Assembly: GCF_009834535.1 (NCBI RefSeq)
Contig: NC_045696.1
Location: 34,536,001 to 34,600,000, forward strand
DNA length: 64,000 bases
Source: Camelus ferus
Lineage: Eukaryota
Direction of reading: 5' to 3'
Within the stretch, counting starts at the first letter, position 1, and each line of letters begins with the position of its first letter. The translations under genes and the position numbers were made by a program. Positions 54,409 to 64,000 of this stretch are shown here, piece by piece. The notes beneath the pieces were generated by a model. That model did no database searches. It saw nothing but the letters and a program-made list of their open reading frames with translations, and had not been told where the DNA came from.

Positions 54409-54437
<29 letters not shown>
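54408..54437. repeat. Poly-T tract (about 30 nt)
   Basis: Uninterrupted T run in the intron, about 240 nt upstream of the exon 5 acceptor. Confidence 0.9.
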
Positions 54438-54440
<3 letters not shown>

Positions 54441-54677
54441 TTTTAGACTCAGAGTCAGCAGATATTTCTTGAGCATAATTTTGGTGTTGCTCTTACTTCC
54501 ATTTTTCTAATCATTTAACTGAGTAATCTTTTTACAAATAAACTCCTACTAAGGAAAATGCTGTTTAATTAAATGACTAATTTTAATTAGATACTATGTT
54601 AGTGCTAAAGTTTCAAAGAACAAAGTTTTAGACAACCTTTTCTTGAGAGTAATAAGTCTGTTTTCTTTTTAATATAG

Positions 54678-54880
54678 TGAACAAATATTTAAGTTCTGAA
54701 AATCCACTATTCTTTGAACTACGTGCCAGATACCTAATTGCTTGTGAACGCATACCTGAAGCAATGGCTCTTATTAAATGTTGTATAAATCATCCAGAAA
54801 TCAGTAAAGACTTGTACTTCCATCAAGCACTCTTCACATGTCTGTTTATGTCACCTGTAGAAGATCAGCTATTTCGGGAG
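54678..54880 (+). CDS. ZNF654: ZNF654 internal coding exon (probable exon 5), 203 nt, phase 1 to 0
   Basis: Acceptor tttaatatag|TG and donor GAG|gtattg. Translates (V)NKYLSSENPLFFELRARYLIACERIPEAMALIKCCINHPEISKDLYFHQALFTCLFMSPVEDQLFRE, which lies within ORF 54677..54946. Confidence 0.94.
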
Positions 54881-55474
54881 GTATTGTTTGAGATTACTTT
54901 TGTCTATTACCATTTGGATCTTACCAAGAAAAAAAAAAAAATGTAGCCCATTCTTGTTAAATTCCTTTTTATAGTAATACCAAAGGTTTTAAGATTACAT
55001 TATCTAGATGTGTCCCATTTGGCACCATTCTTTAAGCTCATATTGAGTCTGATATTAACAAATGGTTTTGAAATTAAATCTTTTAATAAGCATTATTCAT
55101 GTTGAACAAGCTTCTGGTGTGACAGAGAAGAAGTTAAATAAAAACTAAGAAGCATTTTGGTTTTGCTTCTTAAGTAGTAAGAAATTAAATGCTTATGTTA
55201 TTTTGTGTTTTTTTTTAAATGAAAGAATCTTTTCCTAATATGGACCCTATGTACCTACAAGTTGTGGACATTAATGAGATTAAAAGTAGTCACTGTAAAC
55301 TGTAGGTGCTATATATAGTGAAACTATGAAATCAGGAAAAAATTTCTGTACAATTCATCATTGTCTTTGTAGAGATGTAGAAATCTAATTCCTTCTGAAT
55401 GTTTAGACATTTTTTGCAACTATCTTTCTAGATATTTTAAATGATATGAACTGATTTTTCTTTTCCTCTTATAG

Positions 55475-55614
55475 CATTTACTGAAAACTGATTGTAAGAG
55501 TGGAATTGATATCATCTGTAACACTGAAAAAGAAGGCAAGACTATGTTAGCCTTGCAACTCTGTGAATCCTTTCTTATTCCACAGCTCCAGAATGGGGAT
55601 ATGTACTGTATCTG
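55475..55614 (+). CDS. ZNF654: ZNF654 internal coding exon (probable exon 6), 140 nt, phase 0 to 2
   Basis: Acceptor ttcctcttatag|CAT and donor TG|gtaagt. Translates HLLKTDCKSGIDIICNTEKEGKTMLALQLCESFLIPQLQNGDMYCI(W). Confidence 0.94.
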
Positions 55615-55889
55615 GTAAGTGTTCCTAATATAGAAATTGAAATGGTGAGATGGGGAACAGAAGGAGAATTGGTTAGCAGAGTGTGTACTTTATATTTTTT
55701 AAAAGTTATGTGAGAATGTTTAGTCACTTTTTTTTCTCCTTTATTGTGCAAGAAATAGTAGTATGTTGTAAGACCTAAGGATTGAAAAAGACAATGATCA
55801 TGTACCAATAATCAGTGGTGTTAATGTTTAAGGAATGTGTTAAAATGAAGCAGCGATGTTTTAAATTAAATTTAGTGTTACTTAAAAAT

Positions 55890-58065
55890 TTTTTTTAAAA
55901 GTTATTTTTCTGAGCAGTTTTTGGTTTACAACAAAATCAACAGGTGGTATAGACATTTCCCATATACCTCCTGTCCCCACAAATGCATAGCTTCCCCCAT
56001 TATCAAGATCACTTACCAGTTGGATGTGAAGGTGATCTGGCTGCGACATCTGTCACCTTGTTGATCGCCAGGGTTGATTCACCTGATCTGGCAGGTGAGG
56101 CAGGTGTCCCCTTCTTCCCTCTCTGCTCCATGTGCGTCCCTCCCGAAGCTGTTCTCAGTCGAAAAGGACAAGCATCCTGAATAGAGGAGGACTGTTCTTC
56201 TCAGTCAAGGCTATACGAGTAGCTGCGATTCCCTGCTAGAACCTCCAAACAAGCTCTTGGGATCACTCACCGGTTGTACATTTTTATTTTTTTTTTATCA
56301 AGGATGAACCTACATTGATACATCTTAGTCACCCAAAGTCCACAGTTTACCCTAGGGTTCACTCTTGGTGTTAATTATTCTATTTGGACAAATATATAAG
56401 GACATATATCCATCATTTATCATACAGAGTATTTTCATTGTCTAAAAATCCTCTGTGCCCTGCCAGTTCACCTTTCCCTTCAACTCCTGCCCCCACTTCT
56501 AGAAACCACTGATTTTTTTTTTAACTATCTCCATAGTTTTGCCTTTTCCAGAATACCATATAGTTGCAATCATACAGTATTTAGCTGTTTCAGATTGGCT
56601 TCTTTCACTTAGTAATATGCACTTAAGGTTTCTCCATGTCTTTTCAGTTTGATAGCTCATTTCTTTAGTGCTGAGTAATAGTCCATTCTCTCAATGTACC
56701 AGTTTATTTATCCATTCACCTACTAAAGGACATCTTGGTTGTTGCCAGGTTTTGGCAATTATGAATAAAGCTGCTATAAACATCTGTGTGCAGGATTTTG
56801 TGTGGACATAAGTTTTCAACTCCTTTGGGTAAATACCAAGGAGCACGATTGCTGGAACATACGGTAAGATTATGTTTAGTTTTGTAAGAAACTGCCAAAC
56901 TGTCTTCCAAAGTGCCTATACCAGTTTTCATTTCCACCAGCAATGTATGAGAGTTCCTGTTGCTCCATACCCTCACCAGCATTTTTTGTGTTCAGTGTTC
57001 CAGATTTTGGCCATTCTAATAGGTGTGTAGTGGTATCTCGTTTTAATTTGCATTTCCCTGATGACATATGATGTGGAACATCTTTTCATATGCTTATTTC
57101 CTATCTGTATATCTTTTTCGGTGAGGTGTCTGTTAAGGTCTTTGACCCGTTTTCTAATTGGGTTGCTTATTTGGTTGTTTTCTTATTGTTGAGTTTTAAG
57201 AGCTCTTTGTATATTGTGGATAACAGCCCTTTATCAGATGTGTTTTTTACAAATATTTTCTCCCAGTCTGTGGCTTGTCTTTTAATTCTCTTGATACTGT
57301 CTTTCACAGATAAGTTTTTAATCTTAATGAAGTCCAGCTTATTGCTGTTTTCCAGCTTATCAGCTATTTTTCTCATGGGTCATATCTTTGGTGTTATATC
57401 TACAAAAGCATCACCCATACCCAAGGTCATCTAGGTATTCTCCTATGTTATTTTCTAGGAGTTTTATAGTTTCGTATTTTCTGTTTAAGCCATGATCCAT
57501 TTTGAATTAATTTTTATGAAAGGTGTAAGGTTAGTACCATTTCTTGAAAAGAGTATCTTCACTCCATTGTATTGCCTTTGTTCCTTTGTCAAAGAACAGT
57601 TGACTATATTTATGGGTCTATTTCTAGGCTCTCTGTTCCTTCTATTGATTTGTTTGTCTGTTCTTTCACCAGTACAACACTGTCTTCATTATGTTGGCTT
57701 TAAGAGTCCATTAAGTCTTGAGGTCAGGTAGCATCAGTCCCCCAACTTAATTCTTCTTCAGTATTGTATTGGCTGTTCTGGGTCTTTTGTCTGTTCATAT
57801 AAACTAGAATAAGCTTGTTGATATACATAAAATAACCTGCCGGGATTTAGATTGGGACTGAATCTGTAGATCAAGTTGTTAAGAACTCATAACTTGATAA
57901 TATTGAGTATTCCTATCCATAAACATGGACTGTCTCTCCATTTATTTAGTTCTCTGATTACATTCATCAGAGTTTTGTGGTTTTCCTCATATATATCTTA
58001 TACACATTTTCTTCAATTTATACCTAAGTTTTTCATTTTTGGTGTGCTAATGTAAAAGGTATTAT
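55890..58065 (-). mobile_element. L1MC1/2-like LINE-1 3' portion, interrupted by the 7SK copy
   Basis: Typical 3' UTR (gatgaacctacattgatacatc...cacccaaagtccacagtttaccctagggttcactcttggtg). ORF 57167..57376 has KLDFIKIKN...KRQATDWEKIF. Confidence 0.88.
56022..56257 (+). pseudogene. 3'-truncated (tailless) 7SK snRNA retropseudogene
   Basis: Starts GGATGTGAAGGTGATCTGGCTGCGACATCTGTCACC and ends CTGCTAGAACCTCCAAACAAGCTCT, matching about the first 235 nt of 7SK. Flanked by direct repeats gatcacttaccagtt (56007-56021) and gatcactcaccggtt (56261-56275). No poly(A). Confidence 0.93.
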
Positions 58066-59329
58066 ATGACTTAATTTTTCTAAACATTTTTAAAACCACT
58101 TAAAAGTTACTAGCATCTAGTTTATCCAGCAGTCATGTAATTTAGAAAGTGATTTGAGAGTAATTTTAGTACAAATCCTTCAAGTGCTTTTAGATGAAAT
58201 CATGAAAAATAATTAGAAAAGTTTCTAACAACTTCTGCCTTCCCTACCCCAGTGTACACACACACACACCCCTACTACTCCACATGTCATTAATTCTTAA
58301 GAGAAAACTAGATTTCATTTGCCTAACATCATATGAAATAATATGGGCTATAAATACTTTTTTAAATAAATGCTTTCAAATTTTAAATTCTTAAATACTT
58401 TAAACCCCCTCTCCCAGTCATTGTTTTAAGATAAACTTATTTAATATACTGTAGACTTTACAGAGTAAAGTCTTCAGATTCAGAGAGTCAAATAGCTAAT
58501 TAATAGCAAACCAGAAAGCAGAGGGTCTAGAAACTAGAGGACTTATCTTCTACAGGACTATACTTTTAGATTATACTAACTTTTATTCAGAAGCCTTCCA
58601 TGTAATTTGGAATTTCAAATAGGAAGGGATCAAGAGGTGGTAGTAAGACATACGCTTTTAAATAGTTTTCAGAGTATTATTTCTTGATATGTTGTTCTGA
58701 AACAGGATATAGCCATGACTGTTAAAGTGCATCTTTTCCTATGGTGATAGGAATGTTCAGCCTTGGGTATATTAAACTATTTACAGGACATCTTTAGTCT
58801 TTTCATTTTAACATACTCATAAGTAAACTGGAATCAAGTGTAAACAAACAAAAAAACCCCAGGAGAACATTTTTATTTCCTTCTTCTCTTAGCTAACCAG
58901 TTTCTACTCTTTAGGGAAGAACTTTAAAAATAGAACAGTGCCTATCTTTCCTGCTCCTGGCCGCAGTCACTTTCTAAGAATAGATGTTGGGTGTGTGACT
59001 CCCAGTTGCCTAACTGGAAAGGAATCTTTAGCCTGCTTCTCTGTCCTTCCTTGTGAGTGGGCTGACTTCTGACCACCTGCCCTCTTATTATTCTTACTTT
59101 TATATTGCTGGGGTCCTTTTTTTTTGCTTCTAAAATTTGATTTTCAGTGTTACTTGAAGAACAGGATTTTTTCCAGCTTACAAGGTCTGTGTTATCTGTT
59201 TCATCTTGGTCTCAGCTTACTCTTTGTCTCCCCTCTCTGATGACAAAACCTGATCCATAGACCAGTTCTGCTCTGTATCAAGCAGGTGAAGCAAACTACT
59301 AATCCATTTCTCTCACCATTAATGATCAT

Positions 59330-59490
59330 AGTAATATTATAATCATAGCTGTTTATATTTTCTGAGTGCTTCATTTATTCCAGCAATCTTATGGGGTAGA
59401 TAATATTATGCCCAAGCCATTCAGCTAGTAAATAATGAAGCCAGAGTCAAACCCGGGCAGCCTGACTCACAGCCTCTGCTGTTAAACATT
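59330..59490 (-). mobile_element. MIR SINE
   Basis: cccaagccattcagctagtaaataatgaagccagagtcaaacccgggcagcctgactc. Confidence 0.7.
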
Positions 59491-60399
59491 ACTTACTGTA
59501 AATGGGTATAGTATGAAAAATAACCTGTGCAGTAAGAGTGGCTGCAGACCTTGCTATAGGCTTCCTACAACTGAATAACTTGATGGCTGTATTGGCAGTT
59601 AACTACCTGGGAAATGTGCTGGTATAGCGAAATCAGTGCTGTGTTTTTTTTAAAGGACCCTCTGAAAAGAAAATGTAAGTTTCATTAAGCTTTCCCTTTG
59701 GTCTTCTCAATGAAGACCATCAGTGAATGATTCATTAAATACTGGTATGTATCAGACATTTCACACCTAGGTGTTTTCACTTACCTCAGTCATTTTTATG
59801 TGTAAGAAAAGTGTGGATAAAAGATAAAAGCCACACAGCTAGTAACAAAATGAAGTTGGGATTTATACTAGTCAGTTTGCAAGTGATAACATCCCATGTC
59901 TAACTAGTTTAGGGAAAAGGCAGTATTTATTGAATGGATACTAGGGTGTGACATGAGCCCAAAAATGTAGTCCTCAAAGATAACTGCAACTAGGGACACT
60001 GAAATTGCTGGGGGTTTTCAAAAGCTTCTCTGTTCAGCCAGTTGGCTTCAGTCTTCCCTGTTGCAGACCAGAAGGAATGCCAACAGTCCCCCCAGCTTCA
60101 TAGTTGAGAGTTGAGAACGTTCCAGGGATTCTTACTGACTTAATTGGGGTCAGTTTCCCAACCCTGAATTAATATTTTAAGGAGAGTGAGGAGGGTCACA
60201 TAGGAGACATGGCTACTGAGGTTCCAACTCTGTATTACGCCTATTCTTAGAAAACGGTGGTTCACTGTGAGCTGGGTAGTGCCATGCCAGTTGGTATGTA
60301 ATGCCCTATTGAGGTGCAGGTCTCTCTTATTCCCAATCTGCTGTTCTTGCCACTACCTCCATATACAATGTGTCATTGAGAAGATTTACAACTTATTAA

Positions 60400-61085
60400 T
60401 AGGTGGGGAAACAGGACTTATAAAACAAAGAAGTATATGAAAGGCGTGGAATTAATAAGAGAGATTAGATCTGTTCTGAAGTAGTTATCACTTTAGTTTG
60501 GGGCATTTGTAAAGGTTTTAATGAAGAAGAGGCACTTAATGTGGACTTTGAAAGATAAGCTCATATTAGATATAGAGATATATTTTCCAAGTAGAACAAT
60601 CAAGAAAACAGAAAGTGAAAATAAATGAAGCACATTAACTGATACTGAGGAAACCAACCTGGAAGAATGCCCAGGATTCAGCCCATGTTTCTGTTGCTTT
60701 TAACACTTTAAGTCCTGTTGAGTAAGTACTAAATCAAGGAATCTGGGAGGCTGGAAACAGTTCAGTTTAGCAACCCCTGTAGAAATACATATGAAAAATT
60801 AAAAGGCCTAAGGTGGCAGCATTGAGAAAGTATGATATAACTGCGGACAAGAATACAAAGAATGCAAAACAAACAGGTTAGAACCAACCAGGTTAGAGGA
60901 ATGTTTAGTGTCAGTGACTGTGACTAGGAAAAATAATCAATTTTGCAAGGAATTAAATTTGATCTGAGTGGGTTAAAGTGATAGAAACCAATCTAAATTG
61001 AAATACCCAGGTATGGAAACTGGGGAAGAAGTCAGAGCTAGAGATTTGGGAGCATGATGTGAAACCTGGTGAGCTTTCTAAAGGA
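60400..61085 (-). mobile_element. L2 fragments
   Basis: Purine-rich degenerate L2 body (gtggactttgaaagataag, tgtcagtgactgtgactagg, agagctagagatttgggagcat). Confidence 0.5.
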
Positions 61086-62065
61086 ATATGTGTGCAAAAA
61101 AAAAAAAAAGTGAGTGGTGCACTGAAACTTATGTACACTCACACAGCTAGTGTGAAATGGAATTTCGCTTTTACTTCCTATGTTGCCATCACTTTTTGTT
61201 TTGTGTTTTCTGTATTGTCTCTCTAAATAGACGGTGTGCACCTTCATGATGGTAGTCAAGCTGTCCTAAGATTTAATAGCTGTATGCTCTGGGCTCAGAG
61301 TACACACTCAGTAAATCACTTTTTAAAAACATTTTTTCATCAATTATTTTAATACTTTTAGATTATGATGGATTATGTAACTTTTGTGACACTTTTCAAG
61401 GAATTCTACTTCACTAAAATGTGATATCCAGATAGAACATTCATATCTTAGGATTTCCTTTGCCTCAAAACCCACTGCTCCTACCTTATTCAACTGGTAA
61501 CCTTGGCCATATTTTAGAAGAGAATCTACCTGTGAAATATTTTAAATGGTCCATAGCTTATCCTTTTAAAGGTATTACATCTTAATGGAAGAGCAGATGA
61601 TCTAAATGTAAAATTTCAGAATCAGTACTATATTATACTTACACTTTTAATCTGTAGTACTTTTGGTATCTTAATGGATTGAAAATGAAAAATATAAACC
61701 ATTTCTTTGCTGAAAGTCTGCAATGTTGATTTCTAAATTTGCAAGTGGGTATTAATTAAAGGCCACAGTTACTTTTTAAAAATAATATCATTAATATTAG
61801 TACCCGGGGATTAGAATTTGTTTTGATCAAGTACTAAAGATTCCTTAGGTCACTGCAAAATTGCAACTTCTGATCTCTCTTTCCCCCCAGTTTCTGTTAG
61901 TCCCAAATTGGGAGCAAAAGTAGCTTGGGGTTTAACTTAATATCCATTTACACCCACTTTGTAAACATCCCAGCCCAGGGTACTATAGAATCTGGGAAAG
62001 ATAGCTGATGTCTGTATTTGAATAAACTGTATTTTTGATATTTCTCTTTTTTTTCTCATTTACAG

Positions 62066-62207
62066 GGAGTTGATTTTCATATGGAGTAAACTTCAGCTTA
62101 AGTCTAATCCTTCAAAACAAGTTTTTGTAGATCAATGCTACCAGCTTTTAAGAACAGCAACTAATGTGAGAGTCATATTTCCTTTCATGAAAATCATTAA
62201 AGATGAG
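62066..62207 (+). CDS. ZNF654: ZNF654 internal coding exon (probable exon 7), 142 nt, phase 2 to 0
   Basis: Acceptor ttctcatttacag|G and donor GAG|gtaaat. Translates ELIFIWSKLQLKSNPSKQVFVDQCYQLLRTATNVRVIFPFMKIIKDE. TG+G gives Trp across the junction. Confidence 0.94.
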
Positions 62208-63499
62208 GTAAATAGGATATATTTATCCCTTCATTTTAAATGAAATTTAAATGACAGTTCACTGAAATTTGAATCTCTTAATGATAAAATTTATTTGATT
62301 ACATAATTGAAGAAAAGGAGGACTTTAAGGCCACATTCTCCATGTATTATATCCTCCCCTCACCCCAACCTCAAACTCCCAACATAGGTGCAAAGGGTGT
62401 ACATAAATGAAAATAACTGAAAAAAAAGAGAAAAAAGGTCAATTTAGTGTTACATAAAGTTGACTAGGGGAATAATTAATTGCTTCCATAAGAAGCTGTT
62501 ATCTCTTTTCTTACAATTAAGTCTGTCCCTTTTTATTCTAAATCCTGTTTCTACGTAGAATCTTAACTAATTTGCAAATGAACTTTGTATAACTATAGGT
62601 AATACCTGCTCAGTGTCCTAGAGAAATACAGTTCATAGTTTTTAGCCTGGTGTTTAGGTGAAAAGGAACCATGAATTCTGAGGCATTTTTGAAACCTAAG
62701 GACAAATTTTTCATGTGTTTATTTAAAATAATAGTAAAGACCCATTACCTATTTTTAAAAATAGTTCTGAAGCAAGTTTTGCCACTTGCAAGTGAATAAA
62801 AAACTACATGATTCTTACATAGACATGAAAGTGGATCCTGCAGATCCTTCTACTTTCTCTCCTCAAATATGAATAGAACTTTGACTACAAAGATAGGAAA
62901 GATAAAGCTACCCTACATTTTAGGTAGCTCTGTTTAACTGAATCGTTATGTGAGTTACTTTTAAATATATAAGGAGGCATCCACTAAATAATATTTTTTA
63001 TATATTTATGTGTTTATCACATTCATTATCACGTCACTCATTAGATGTAATGACCGTGCAGTGATCATATTCTCGTGATACAAAGCAGCATTATATCAGA
63101 TGGTTTTTCTGTTTTATTTCTCATTTTTTTTGTGCTAACTGCATTAATAGCTTCATTATTAAATAGTAAAATGTCATTCAAATGCATTGTCAAAGTTTAC
63201 CTCTCTCCTCACCAAAAACTGGAGGAAAAAAAACAAACTATGCTGTAGAATACTTCTTAATATTGGAAGTGCATCAGAATCACCTGTAAAACTTTTTAAG
63301 AAATAAAGATGTGTCCATCTTTTTTTAACATATGACTCTCATTTGTACCAAAAATTGAGAGGCTTTTTCATCTAGGTGAAGTTCAGCCAAGCATCACAGA
63401 GCTTTCTCATTTTCACATGTCTGGTCAACCTAAGAATACATGATAAGAGGAAAAATTCAAAGATGAAATAAGTATTTGAATTTTTTAATACACTCTACT

Positions 63500-63665
63500 A
63501 AAAACATTTTTATCTTATGGACTAGATCAGTCACGTGCCTCTGTGCTGTGAAAAGAGGGACAGGCAATGCTGTGTGAGTTCAGGAGGAGGCGTTACAGAT
63601 AGCATATTGGAAAAGGCTTTACAGAGGAAGATGCTTTCAGCTGGGTTTTAAATGATAGATGAGGA
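63500..63665 (-). mobile_element. L2 fragment
   Basis: tgctgtgtgagttcaggaggagg...aaaggctttacagaggaagatgctttcagctgggtttt. Confidence 0.6.
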
Positions 63666-64000
63666 TAATATGAATATTTTTAGAGGAGTTTGTAGTTTAT
63701 AGAGCTCCTTTTCCTCATTTTATTAGTTAGTTCTCACAGCTGTCCAGTGGCAGGGAAATCTGTGGACGTGTGTAGAACATGGAACTAATCAGAGTTTAGT
63801 TTTTTTGGGGTGGGGTTGCTAGAGATCCTGAAGGGACTCAATACTAGACAAAAGCTGAAACTTCACTCCACAAATAGACTGGAATTGTTAAAGGATTACA
63901 GGTAAGGAAGTATCCTGTTCCTTTTTGTGATGATCCTGATGTTCGTAAACTTCAGCAACTGGGCACATTACAATTTCATGAGGAAAGACAAAGAATGTAG

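Noticed and set aside
56022..56257. Functional 7SK gene
   Set aside because: It lacks about 95 nt of the 3' end and the terminator, has many substitutions, and sits in L1 sequence rather than behind a PSE/TATA promoter.
8568..62207. Assignment to RLF or ZNF292
   Set aside because: The exon structure is similar, but the peptide (VVEDYAGRWQVPLPQLQ, DGGPWEDPVLQAVLKAQP) matches recalled ZNF654, not its paralogues.
1..64000. Prokaryote-type systems (CRISPR arrays, operons) and hydrophobic F/L/I-rich small ORFs as membrane proteins
   Set aside because: The DNA is mammalian intron with no repeat-spacer array. The F/L/I-rich ORFs are antisense translations of A-rich L1/HAL1 or low-complexity sequence.

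Overview
This is mammalian genomic DNA, AT-rich and repeat-dense. A tRNA-Ala-derived Vic-1-like SINE suggests a camelid, but this is inferred. The window lies inside one + strand gene, ZNF654 (RLF/ZNF292 family). Six internal coding exons were reconstructed by hand, probably exons 2-7: 8568-8713, 39603-39684, 51806-51941, 54678-54880, 55475-55614 and 62066-62207. All introns are GT-AG, and the exons splice into one open 849-nt (283-codon) frame encoding the non-zinc-finger N-terminal region. The first exon and the zinc-finger exons are outside the window. The rest is intronic: L1 copies of several ages including a nested, rearranged cluster at about 17.5-25.4 kb, plus HAL1, L2, MIR, LTRs and Tigger/hAT MITEs. 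Two TSD-flanked retrocopies stand out: a tailless 7SK copy and a polyadenylated copy of an mRNA I could not identify. Almost all ORFs in the supplied track are L1 remnants or chance ORFs. I found no demonstrably new biological system. The best leads are a possible exon 3-6 circle with an endless ORF, flanked by inverted L1s, and the unidentified retrocopy. Repeat family names come from recalled consensus sequences, not a database search, and repeat boundaries are approximate.
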